Source: Octopus sinensis
Lineage: Eukaryota
Reading direction: 5' to 3'
Length of the DNA stretch: 64,000 nt
NCBI RefSeq assembly: GCF_006345805.1
Contig: NC_043003.1
Coordinates: 101,246,001 to 101,310,000, forward strand
Part shown: piece after piece, positions 26,375 through 37,721 of the stretch
Layout of the letters: each line of letters opens with the position of its first letter
Numbering within the stretch: position 1 is the stretch's first letter
Notes under the pieces: model-generated
Databases searched by the model: none
What the model was told of the DNA's origin: nothing
What the model saw: the letters and a program-made list of their open reading frames with translations, nothing else
Position numbers and translations under genes: made by a program

Positions 26375-27020
26375 GATGAGGTGACAGAATTGTTAGCATG
26401 TGAGATAAAATGCTTCATGACATTCCAGCTCTTTATGTTCAATGTTCAAGTCCTGCCGAAGTCAACTTTGCCTTTCATCCTTTCAAGATCAGTGTAATCA
26501 ACTTGCCCCTTCTCTCAAAATCGTTGGTCTTAAGCCAAAATTAGAAAGAATTGCTATTACTATTAATATTAAGGTGGTGAGCTGTCAGAATTGTTAGCAT
26601 ACCAGACAAAATGCTTGGCAGCATTTCATTTGTCATTACAATCTGAGTTTGACTTTGCTGAGATCAACTTTGCCTTTCATCCTTTTAGTGTTGATGAAAT
26701 AAGTACCAGTTGAGTACTGAGATCAATGTAATCAGCTAGCCCCATCCCCCAAAATTTCAGGCCTTGTGCTTTAGTAGAAAGGATTACTTTTATTATTGTT
26801 ATTATGATTAAGGTGGTGAGCTGGCAGGATTGCTAGTGCATCAAGCTGCATTTTTTTCCAGTGCTTTACTTTCTGATTCCAAATCCTTCCAAGGTCAGCT
26901 CTGCCTCTCATCTATTCAGGGTTGATAAAATAAAGTGCCAGACAAGTACAGAGGTTGATATAATTTACAAATACCCTCTTCCAAAAATTACTCATCTTGT
27001 GCCTAAATTTGAAACAATTA
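26375..27020 (+). mobile_element. Cluster of three old SINE family B copies in tandem
   Basis: Three occurrences of the ggtggtgagctg head and ctttgcctttcatcc core. Tails are of the ccccaaaatt..ggccttgtgc type. Confidence 0.75.
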
Positions 27021-27423
27021 TTATTAATCTCACTGACACTGCAGTACAATTTCAACACTGGAACAATAATCAAACAAGATTCTCCCTCTCCATGATTCAT
27101 CAATTACCTATTATGTTAAATACTATTTACAAGTTACCCAACAACAAATACTGTCCTAATTAAAAGCACCCACCACCACCACCAATTTCTGAAGAGGTTC
27201 ATACTCTATTTCCTCTTTATGAAGTAGTCATCAGAAAGTCCTGATATTCTGTGACTTGCAGTTACAGCAAAAAGAAAGTTAAGAAATATATAAGCAATGA
27301 TGATGATGGTGGTGATGATGATGATGATGATGAACTTCCACAACCATAGTAATAATTATGATGATAATGACATTGATGACAAAGAATTTTTTTAAAAATC
27401 AAATTCTTAACACCTGCACTTAC

Positions 27424-27660
27424 AAAATCATTGTTGAAAACACTTTCTTCAGCACAAGTGTTTTTGTTAGGATTCTCAATAGAGTCTCTCTCTTTACTAG
27501 CTAACCCATCTCCTTTAGCATTTTCCAGCTGTCCATCTTTTTCAGATAGGGTCTTATAGCTAGATGCTGGCCTAGTCTCGAAGGTACTGTAATACACATC
27601 TCCATGATAGTATTCTTGTGGATAACTATCATAGTAGTAATTGGAAAAGCCACTGTTGAC
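27424..27660 (-). CDS. Host gene coding exon (237 nt, phase 0/0), Tyr/Ser-rich, product unknown
   Basis: Acceptor ...catctgtag and donor gtaagt. Open frame VNSGFSNYYYDSYPQEYYHGDVYYSTFETRPASSYKTLSEKDGQLENAKGDGLASKERDSIENPNKNTCAEESVFNNDF. Confidence 0.75.
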
Positions 27661-28158
27661 CTACAGATGTACAAGTATGGTTTAATATTAAAATCATATG
27701 TAAATAAAAGCATATTACAATTACATATATTACATTAATAATGTAATTGCACATTAGCAAACTGAAAAGAAATTTAGATAACAACAGTATTATAATATCA
27801 AACTGAAATTTACAATGTAAAAATGGCCAATGACTTGTCAAAATATCTCTATATAATAATAATAGTCAATATAAAAGGTTGGTTCTTCCGGTCACACTTT
27901 ACATTGCATAGAGAGGGAGAAAGAGTAAAAGAGAGATACAAAGAGAGTTGATATAAAAAGTGTAGTATAAGTGCACATGCTAGGCTTGGTGGCAGGAGGA
28001 GAGAGAGTCAGTGATAGAATAGTTACGAGAGGAGTTACACAAATGAGAAATTTGTTTTATTTAATTTTAAGGTAATAAATACTTTTCTTTTGAAAATTAG
28101 TATTCATTTCATCATTTTGTACCAAGAAATATGATAAATGTTAAATGATAATTATTGT

Positions 28159-29765
28159 ATCATCATCATCATTTAATGTCTATTGTCCATGCTGGCATGG
28201 GTTGGACAGTTTGATCAGGACTGGTAAGCTTCTAGTCTGATTTAGCATGATTTCTACAGCTGGATGCTCTTCTTAATACCAACCAATCTGAGTGTAATGA
28301 ATGCTTTTACGTGCCACCAGCACAGGTGCCAGTTACGTGACACCAGCATCAGCCACATTGCCTCCATGAGGCCCAACGCTCAAATGATGCTTTATACATG
28401 CCACTGGCATGGTCACACTGCCTCTGTGTGGTCCAATGCTCAAATGGTGCTTTTTATGTGCCACCAGCATCAGCCACATTGCCTCCATGAGGCCTAATGC
28501 TCGAAGTGTTTTTTCTGTGCCAATTACATGACACCAGCATTGGCCACATTGCCTCTGTAAGGCCTAATGCTCAAATGGTGCTTGTTACATGCCACTAGCA
28601 TGGGTGCCAGTTACGTGACACCAGCATCAGCTACAACTACGATTTCATTTGGCTTGATGGGTCTTCTCAAGCATAGCATATAGCCAAAGGTCTCAGTCAT
28701 TGCCTCTGTGAGACCCAACATTTGAAGATCATGTTTCACCACCTCGTCCCATGTCTTGCTGGGTCTACCTCTACCACAGGTTCCCTCCACAGTTAACTGT
28801 TCCAACACAGCATCATACAGTCTACCTTTCAGCCTGCAGGAGAGGCCCTTTGTTGCCAACAAGGGTAGGGGCTCTCTGAATTTTGCCCAGCCTATTCTTA
28901 TTCTCGCAGCTATGTTCTCAAAGCATCCACCTCCACTACTGACTTGCTCACCTAAATAACGGAAGCTATCGACTATCTCTAGTGAACCCCACTGGTAGTC
29001 GATGGTGTCTATTTCTGTACATTTTCAGTGTTTATTGTACCTGTGCACCTTCCACACACAAACTATTTTCTCTGTTAATCTTCCTCTGATATTGCTGCAC
29101 CTCTTATATGTCCATAGCTTGCATTGGGTACATCTTATGGAGATTCTTCTAACAAGGCCTTTCCTACAGATCAAGCAGGGCCATTTACCTAAAGAGATTT
29201 GTGATTTGTCTGCTTTTCGACTTACTAAGACCTTGGTTTTAGCTAGGTTAAATCTAAGGCCCTTTGATTCTAGAACTTCCTTCCACACCTGAAATTGCTT
29301 CTCTAGTTCTGGTAGTGATTCAACTATAAGAAGCTAGAGGGGAGCTCCTAGGGGCAGCCTGTCTTAAATTCCTCTGTTAATACCTGGAGGACTTTGATGA
29401 ATAAGAGGGGCCTGAAGACTGATCCTTGGTGAACCCCTACTTGTACCCTGAATTCATTGCTATACTTATTGCCAACCCTCACCTTACTGACAGCATCCCT
29501 GTACTTGGCATGTACAGCTCTCACCAACCACTCGTCTATCCCTAGTTTCCGCATTGACCACCAGATAAGGGATCAGGAGGCCTGTCAAAGGCTTTCTCCA
29601 TGTCAACAAAAGCCAAGTACAGAGGTTTATCTTTGGTTAGGTATTTCTCCTGCAACTGCCTTACCAGAAATATAGCATCAGTGGTGCTTCTCTCTGGCAC
29701 AAAATCAAATGGCATCTCATCTAGACTAACTCTCTCCCTAATTAGTTGGGCTATGACCCTCTCCA
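28159..29765 (-). mobile_element. RTE family A 3' portion with internal deletions and (GAT)n tail
   Basis: RT pieces (LAFVDMEKAFDR, VHQGSVF), GTCGRGRPSKTWDEVV and a tandemly repeated 3' UTR. Confidence 0.88.
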
Positions 29766-30359
29766 TATATTTCTGGATATTACCCATAGTGGCAAACATA
29801 TACTTCCAAAGTTACCTTTTATATGAGGGATAACTTTGGAAGTATGCTTTTGCCACCATGATAATAAATATTCTAGTTTTACTATAACTTCAACCTGGTT
29901 TTCAGTAAGACTGTATCAAGAACAGTTACCTTGTGAAGTCATCATATATAATTTAATTCAATGTTTCCTTGACCCCTGCTCTGTACCCAGTTACTAAGAT
30001 GAGCAGTCTGATTGCAATGGTAACTAGACTGCATGTAAGTAAAAGCAAACGAAATATAGTGATCAATGATCTAAGAAAGTTAGTGCTGACAGAGAATGTT
30101 AACCATTTCAAAAACACAGCTTTTGGCAGCAAATTCTACTGACCACTATATAATATAAGACTATATTAATAATAGATTTTGTTGCTAATAAATTATTTTG
30201 GAAGACCTAAGATTCCCTTAAAATGATTTTACAGTCTAAGTGCTGCCAGCCGCTCTCAGCTTGAAAATATTAAAAATAATAAATAGGTGAGATGAAAGAA
30301 GGCAGGCTATTCTAACAAAATAATTTAGTTCTACCTCATAGATGTAGCTATGAAATAAT

Positions 30360-30580
30360 AATAATAATCCTTTCTACTATAGGCACAAGGCCTGAAATTT
30401 AAGAGGATGGGACTAGTCAACTACATTGACCCCAGTGATTCACTGGTACTTAATTTTATCCACCCCAAAAGGATGAAAGGCAAAGTCAACCCCAGCAGCA
30501 TTTGAACTCAGAATATGAAAACAGATGAAATACTGCTAAACATTTTGCCTGGTGTGCTAATGATTCTGCCAGCTCACCAC
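30360..30580 (-). mobile_element. SINE family B, old copy
   Basis: ggatgaaaggcaaagtcaac and tgaactcagaat are reverse complements of the SINE B core. Confidence 0.8.
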
Positions 30581-30724
30581 CTTAATGATGATGATGATGA
30601 TGATGATTGTGATGGTGATGATGATGATTGTGGTGATGGTGACGATGGTGGTGGTGGTGGCAATGATGATGATGATAATGATGGTGATGCAGAGGAGGAG
30701 CTCATAATCAGCCAGATACCACTC

Positions 30725-31015
30725 TCCTGTGGAAGGAATTCAAAAATGGACCTTCATCAATGTAGCTATACCTGCAGACCAGAATATTGTGAAGACAGAG
30801 GACAAGAAAGTCGAGAAGTACCAAGACCTTGCATTGGAAGTGAAACACATTCACAGAATCTCAAAAGAGAGTGTGGTACCTATTGTGATTGGTGCACTTG
30901 TGACCATCACAAAGTAAAAGTAATATTCTGGCATCAAAAGCTGCAAATACCAAACCTCATAGGAAGTACTCATTTGGCAGCAATACTTGGAACAGCTCAT
31001 GTGTTAGAAAACTGT
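30725..31015 (+). mobile_element. R4/Dong-like non-LTR restriction-like endonuclease fragment
   Basis: INVAIPADQNIVKTEDKKVEKYQDLALEV..VVPIVIGAL..ILGTAHVL matches the C-terminal RLE of R4-clade elements. Confidence 0.75.
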
Positions 31016-31152
31016 TGCATATCTAAGCTCTGGGATGAAGCTCAGATGTGACAGATAAATCATCAGAAGTTATGTTAAATAATAACATTTTCACTTATCA
31101 AGTAGAAAGCAGTTTAAATGAATATATCAAAATAAAACAGTAAAATACTTAC

Positions 31153-31367
31153 AGGGCTATTAAAGTGAGAGACTGGTTGTTGATATTTTCCACTTTCCTG
31201 TCTGGTATGTGATCTTAACAAGGGTGGTTGGAAGTTATATTGCATGTCATATTTTTCATAAACTGAACTATATCCATTGTAGTAATTACCATAAGGGCCA
31301 TAGGAGTAGGAATGATCACCATCTACAGAATGGCTGGACTTAGTCTGGCCACTGAAGTAATGCTTAT
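31153..31367 (-). CDS. Host gene coding exon (215 nt, phase 1/0), in frame with exon 27660-27424
   Basis: Acceptor aattatttttacag-type and donor gtaagt. Open frame KHYFSGQTKSSHSVDGDHSYSYGPYGNYYNGYSSVYEKYDMQYNFQPPLLRSHTRQESGKYQQPVSHFNSP. Confidence 0.75.
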
Positions 31368-31862
31368 CTGTAAAAAATAATTATTATCAAATTATATAAA
31401 TCGGATGTACGAGCATTATTTGTTAGAAGTTAAAAGTCAATCTTAACAATGTTGTTTGACTACAGAAATCTTAACAGTTTGTCTGATAACATTACTTTTT
31501 CTGAATGTTTTCTCTAAGCCAAAAGAATTTATAGGAATGGTACCTAGCTCAGGTAAATAAAAAACAAATCTTTTAAGTACTATTTATTTATCACAGGCCT
31601 GTTTCTGTGAATGGTGTTTGATAAACTGTGGTATGTAGGATTAAGTAGTGGCTTGCTACATACGAAACAAAATTGCTTCAAGAAGGATACAAACTCATGA
31701 ACCATCTGTAAGTAGTTAGCTACTTTCATTCCTACTTGCAATGCTATAGCAACAAAAAGTACATGATAATCAAAAATATGTTTCAATGAAACTAATAACT
31801 TCAACTTTAAATCGGTTTTCATTCATTTTGATGTTGAAGACAAAACTGGATTTCTAATGTTC

Positions 31863-33009
31863 TAATGGGCATCCCAGAAAGATTTACCCATGTTTAAAAC
31901 TCTTCCTAAAAGAATATGTCTTTTGTTCATCTATAACAGATTTGTAAACAAACAAGGCATCAAAAGCAAAATGTGACCAGATTGTCACTTTGGAAATAGC
32001 TGGAGTACACAACAAGGACATAACAAAACAGTTGAATGTGTGCCATAAAACAATATATGGAGTCTGCTACAACCTCTAGCAAGCCAATTCCTGGTAGGAA
32101 ATGATCAATTTGTACCAAACAAACTGTTGAAGCCATGACGAAGCAAATGGACTGAAATCCCCACAAGAGTGCAAAAAATAAAAACTGCAAACACTCTTGA
32201 TATTTTGAAATTGTCAATGCACAGAATTTTTAAAGAGGATTTAAAGCTAACAGCACACAAGAAACAACCCCAGCAGTAAATTTCAGCAGTTTCCAAAAAG
32301 AAACAGCTATGTTAGCTGAGATGAAGCATGCCACTTAAAAAGTTTTGATCTGGTCCGATAAGAAGATCTTCACCGTTGAGGCATTTACCAACAGGCAGAA
32401 TGACAGGTTTTATGCACATAATGCAGGAGACTTGCCAAAAGGTAGCAGGAGTTATTTACGCCATCAGAAGCCAGGTTTACTTATGGTGTGGGCCACAGTT
32501 GCATCTGATGAATTCAAGTCTCCTTTCATCCTCACCGATGCTGGCATCAAGGTCAACAGTGGAGTTTATGTGGAAATATTGAATGAGAAAGTGTTACTCT
32601 GAGTCACAGAAACATTTGGTGATCATTACACTTTCACTCAAGATGAGGCTCTAGCCCACATATCCAATTTCAGCAGTTTTGGGGTGAAGATGGTATGGCC
32701 TCCTTCAAATCAAGACATCAATCCCATGGACTTTGCTACCTGGTAATGTTTCTGTTTGCTCCTATTCAAATGTGACAGATCTGAAGAAAGTCCTTCAGGG
32801 TCAAGTTGGATGAAGAGGTATGGCACTTTTATGCAACTCAGTGACCACTCACTTGCAGGCTATGATCAAGATGGTCATTTTGAAATCTAATTACTGTAAT
32901 CGATTGAAAAGTTACATTAGAACATGTGTGTCAAATCTCATTATCCTACCTTAAGTTTATTTTGAATAATTAAGAAATATCAATGGGTAAATCTTTCTGG
33001 GACACACTG
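31863..33009 (+). mobile_element. maT/DD37D-like Tc1-mariner transposon, decayed, with TIRs
   Basis: IWSDKKIFTVEAFTNRQNDRFYA..MVWATVASD. 20-bp perfect inverted repeat TCCCAGAAAGATTTACCCAT at 31872-31891 and 32983-33002. Confidence 0.85.
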
Positions 33010-33429
33010 CATGTGAAGTATATGATAATAATTAGTGAGTTCAAACTCTGCTTCAGACATTGTGTCTTGTCATTTGACTTACAATCTATTTCAACTTTAA
33101 ATTCATATCTGATTAATTGGGGACTATGATGGTCATCCATCCAGATAGATATAAACAGCTACTACATCAGTTTTCAAATCTCTAAATCCACTGAGTTTAG
33201 CATAAATGTAGTGGTTTAGAAATCTCTGAATAATTGTTGAAACAAATTTGAGTACTCAATGAAACAACAACAATACAACTTATACTGCGATACCTCCTGT
33301 CATTAATGATAATAGCTCTAAATAATTTGATACACTGAAAGCATTGCACACAAAACTCTCTGCATCATTAAGTAACTTCTTTCTAAATCCAGGCACCAAT
33401 ATTTCATAGCCCAACTGCTACTTGCTCAC

Positions 33430-33501
33430 AAATATCATACAATGGATGGCACATCTGGATGCATATCAATACATTACTATGCAATACATTACATTTCATG
33501 A
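33430..33501 (-). CDS. Candidate additional 72-nt exon (phase 1/1) of the host gene
   Basis: Strong acceptor ctttttgtcatttctctccag and donor gtgagc. Open frame MKCNVLHSNVLICIQMCHPLYDI, phase-compatible with exon 31367. No homology support. Confidence 0.25.
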
Positions 33502-33521
33502 CTGGAGAGAAATGACAAAAA

Positions 33522-33552
<31 letters not shown>

Positions 33553-34109
33553 AAGAGAAATTAAAATAGCAGTTCAACATGAAAGGCAGAACAGAAATGA
33601 AATGAGAAAGACACTAGCCAAGTGTGGTGGAAAGGTGAATGTGTTGTTATGAACATCATGTACTATTGGAAGGGAAAAATATGGCACCTATATACTGAAG
33701 ATAAGAGCAGCAGAGAAAGACCAAAGTAGTAGTAGTAATAGTAGTAGTAACTTCTTTACTACCATTAAACATAATTAAAACAGTTCACAACTTACTATCA
33801 TAATAATTCTCAAATGAACTTTGTCTATGAAGTTTCAAGGATTCAGAGTTATAGCGGTTTGAAACAGGTGTTTGGCCATTGGAATTTTCTCCTCCAGTTT
33901 CTTCCCTCCTTTGTCGAACATGTCTATCACTCTGTCCAACTTGTCTCTTGCAACTGGGGGATGACTTCTGCAAAAACATTACCAAATTTGATTACAGATC
34001 ATTTAAATAACATTTTCAAATTGGAACATTGCAATATTTTATTATAGTCACACAATGTAACAAATATAAAACAATCTTTAGACATACTTCTGGCTGTTTC
34101 CACCTTTAC

Positions 34110-34385
34110 ATTTTACCTATATATATATGTGTACATATTACATCTACATCTATATATATACATCTACACATAAAATACAAAATACAAAGTTATATCTTGA
34201 TATCGCTAGTGATAACAATACTCAAAATATATAACAGACTGGAATTGTAGGCCCGTCTCTTGCAATTTCGATCAATTGTATCTTGTCCTCTCTCTTGTAT
34301 AGAAGTGTGGCTACAATCCAGCCTACCTCTACTTCTGGGGGTACATTTTTAATTTTTATCTGGGACGTCCTACATCCCAGATATA
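34110..34385. mobile_element. Partial copy (one arm plus central hairpin) of the palindromic element at 37722-38305
   Basis: Near-identical to about 37760-38030, including the centre ATCTGGGACGT-CCT-ACATCCCAGAT. Confidence 0.9.
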
Positions 34386-34389
34386 AAGG

Positions 34390-34860
34390 TAAAAATAAAA
34401 TATTTCCACTTTGCAAGTTCAAGTCGAGTACTCCCTTGCATGCTCTGTTGACTCGAACCTTGCTTCTATTGTAGCGAATTTACCACCTCTGGTTAGATAC
34501 TTGATATCTTTCATAGTCGCACCAAGACACTTTTCAATGGTGCTTTCCTCCAGGTGTTCAAATCTTTTTTTTTTCTCTACATTGTATACTTTATAGACAA
34601 TAGTCTTTTCTTTAATTTAATTTTTTATTTCGTTTGGTGGTGTTATCCTAGATTCACCGTCTTGGTTGGTGATCAATCCGAAATAAGTTTCTATTTCTTC
34701 CATTTTAATTTTGATGAGTTCGCCGCCCGCCGATGGCTACAGCGAAATTCAGTTTTGGACTTTCTTCTATCGAAGACATTTTAACAAAAATGCTTCCGTG
34801 CAAACGGTGAAAATATTGTCAATTTCCCCAAACAGGGACACAATTCAATTTTTAAACAAT
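34390..34860 (-). pseudogene. Diverged Tx1/L1-like ORF1 5' remnant
   Basis: KTIVYKVYNVEKKK..EESTIEKCLGATMKDIKYLTRGGKFATIEARFES aligns with KTITYRIQDRNSRK..EDDIEKCLGDIMDKATYVSREKKYGTVKVKFAT of ORF 36170-36910. Confidence 0.6.
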
Positions 34861-34903
34861 AACCAAAGCTCCTTCTCCCAAAGGGGGAGGGTTACGGTTT
34901 ACA

Positions 34904-35132
34904 GCGGCGAGCTGGCAGAAACGTTAGCATGCCGGGCGAAATGCTTAGTGGTATTTCGTCTGCGTTACGTTGTGAGTTCAAATTCCTCCGAGGTCGACTT
35001 TGCCTTTCATCCTTTCGGGGTCGATAAATTAAGTACCAGTTACGCACTGGGGTCAATGTAATCGACTTAATACCTATGTCTGTCCTTGTTTGTCCCCTCT
35101 GTGTTTAGCCCCTTGTGGGTAATAAAGAAATA
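34904..35132 (+). mobile_element. SINE family B, young full-length copy, 8-bp TSD
   Basis: Nearly identical to 8532-8761. TSD GGTTTACA at 34896-34903 and 35133-35140. Confidence 0.95.
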
Positions 35133-35326
35133 GGTTTACAATTATTTAACAAATGCAACACAACAATGCTTCCCTTACGAGGAACCAACAAACGTGATAA
35201 CAATAGTTAACAGTAATAATAACAACAACAAACCTTATAGTGAATCAAAAAGTGGTACTCTGTTGAAGCTATAGGCCTTTATGGATCAGAAATAAACCAA
35301 CAGCAGTATTCAGTAGAAGCATCTGT

Positions 35327-37149
35327 GATTTTTTTATTACCCACAAGGATAAAAGAGGGGACAATACAATCGGGGAACTTAAAATAATAAAAGATGATGA
35401 AATAAGATGAAGAAAATTAAAAAATAATGAGTTATGAAAAGATATTACAATGCGGTGTAATGTCCACTCGATCCCCGAAATCGAGTGGTTACATTTCGTC
35501 AGTCCTTCCCATAATGTTTTTTTTCAAAAATTACTACTGAATTCACAAAGTTCACAACACAAAAACTCCACAGAATTTCCAAAATACATTTCGTTAGCAG
35601 AGATTTTTCCTTTTTTGACACTTTTAAATCACAAAATTTACCACACAAAAATTTCACATAATTTCAAAAATACCTTTCGCTAACAAAATTTTTCTTTTTT
35701 GACTCCTTTTCCACAATTTTAAATATATTCTATTTCGTGCACTAGTGTGTCGTATCTCTTCACGCGAGATGGACGATCTTTCAACCGACACTTCCAGTGA
35801 TCCACCACATACTCTCCAGCGGCCACCATGAACTCATGGTAACTGTCCTCGTGGACTAGAGCACCCGCCTCAAACTCAGTTCCCATCCTAACCCATGATG
35901 TTCTTCTTGTTCTCCCTATTATTTCGTCCATTTCAGGGCAGATCCTGTATACTACCAATGCTCCATAAAATTTGTACCCCCATTTCGAAACTGTGGTTTC
36001 TGTTGAGTGTTCCCTTGTCTTCCTTTTAGGACTGGCTGCTTCTTTATTCTCTTCCCTTGGTTTCTCCCTTTCTCTCTTCTGACTTTCTTTATTTTCTTTT
36101 TCTTTCAGTGTGTTGTTTTTTCCTTTCTCCTGTCTCTGTTCTTTCTTGTGCTCATTTTCTGTTGTTTCTCTACTTTGTGTCTTTTGTTCTTTTTCTGTTG
36201 TTTCTTTTTCCTTGTTTTCTTTCTCTTTCAGTGCGTTGTTTTTTTCCGTTCTCCTGTTCTTTTTTTTCCTCTCTCTGTTCTTCTTCCGTAGTTTCTCCAC
36301 TCTGTGTCTTATTTTGTTCTTTTTCTGCTATTTCTTTATTCACTGTAAATTCATATAATGGGCACTCTACCCTTATATGGCCTCTTGCTCCATACAGGTA
36401 ACAATTGAGTCTTCTTCCTTCTACAATTATGCCAATTGTTGTTCCGTTTTCCACTTCTATCTGGAAGGGGATTCTTTCTATGTCTTCTATTGTGGCCATA
36501 AGCCACATCTCAACACCAAATCCCGTCCAGTTTACAATATTGGTTTCTGTAATAGACCCCAGTTCTGGTTTGTCTTCAGTCGACCCTAGAATGGCTGACA
36601 CCAGCCATTCCGTTTTTATCTCCGGCGGTATATTTGGGATCTTAATCCTTATGCCTCGTCTTCCTTTGTACGTGAGTAACATTATGAATTCTTCCGTTCT
36701 TAGGATAGCGGAAGATAGCGAGGTCGCCTCTTCACTTGTGGCAAACTTCACCTTTACCGTACCATACTTCTTCTCTCTGCTTACGTACGTCGCTTTATCC
36801 ATTATGTCTCCAAGACACTTTTCTATATCATCTTCCGATATTCGTGCTATTTTCCTCGAGTTTCTATCCTGTATCCTGTATGTGATCGTTTTGTTGTTCC
36901 TCTCCTCCATTGTTTCTGCTGGAGGGATCAGCTTGACGCTTTTATATATAGTTCGTATTTCTTCATTTCTTCCGTCTTAAATGTTACATCTTTTTTCACA
37001 AGCGATGCGCTATTTCTCGTTGCGGTAAGCCTCGCATATGTCTCCATGACAGAGGGACAACGTTCTTTCTACAAGAATTCGATGTTATGACGACTTTCTC
37101 TACAGTTTCCCAATTTTTCACACTTTTCACACAAAGAACGTTTTGACAC
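35327..37149 (-). mobile_element. ORF1-only non-LTR retroelement (HAL1-like), Tx1/L1 affinity, 17-bp TSD
   Basis: TSD TCAGTA(G/A)AAGCATCTGT at 35310-35326 and 37150-37166. 5' UTR, ORF1, about 390-bp 3' UTR and AATAAAAAAA end; no ORF2 sequence inside. Confidence 0.75.
35719..36910 (-). pseudogene. ORF1 (gag-like, degenerate CCHC knuckle CYLYGARGHIRVEC, K/E-rich repeat), frameshifted
   Basis: ORFs 36170-36910 and 35719-36300 overlap out of frame across a roughly 121-bp tandem duplication. Confidence 0.7.
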
Positions 37150-37499
37150 TCAGTAAAAGCATCTGTTCGAGAAAACAGACATTACATACAGCCAAACTTC
37201 ATATAGATACTTAATGCTAGCTAATTAGCAAATAATCTAACGTACAAACTATGCACAGCTCCATGTGGACTATTCCATTTCTGCACTTAAATTTTAATTT
37301 TTTTATTCCTTATTCAAGTTCAAGTCATTGATGCAATTTTATACCAATTGTTATTTTTACTATTAATTGTTATGTTACGATTTAATTATTATATAGTTTG
37401 ATTTTAATTATTACTTACTACATATAATTCAATTGTTATTATCTCTAATTTTTATAGTTAAAGTGAAAGTATCTGACATAAAAAAGAGAGATGTTTTTG

Positions 37500-37721
37500 T
37501 TTCACTATTAACACGTAATACTGAAATAGTGGAGAAGATATGATATTGCTATGGGCTTGCCCTAGGCAAGAAGTTGAACATTTTTTTTTGCCCATGAAAC
37601 TACATGGACCCTAAGTAAGGCATGTGTAAAATTTGAATGAAATTGGTTGTGTAGTTCTCAAGTTTTAGGGAAACACAGACAGACAGACAGACAGACACAC
37701 ATTCTCAGTTTTATATAGAGA
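37500..37721 (-). mobile_element. Non-autonomous Helitron 5' end
   Basis: Minus strand starts TCTCTATATAAAACTGAGAATGTGTGTCTGTCTG..CAACCAATTTCATTCAAATTT, the same architecture as the 5' end at 57915. The left boundary is uncertain. Confidence 0.65.

Noticed and set aside
30515-31051. 178-aa D/G-rich ORF
   Set aside because: It is a chance fusion of a SINE, a GAT microsatellite and an out-of-frame RLE fragment.
31580-31822. 80-aa minus ORF near the host exons
   Set aside because: No donor gives the phase-1 end needed to join exon 31367, and no motif is recognisable.
35459-35502. CTGACGA plus a strong hairpin on minus in the ORF1-only element 3' UTR
   Set aside because: GAAA and stem I are absent, so it is not called a hammerhead. 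The hairpin itself is real.
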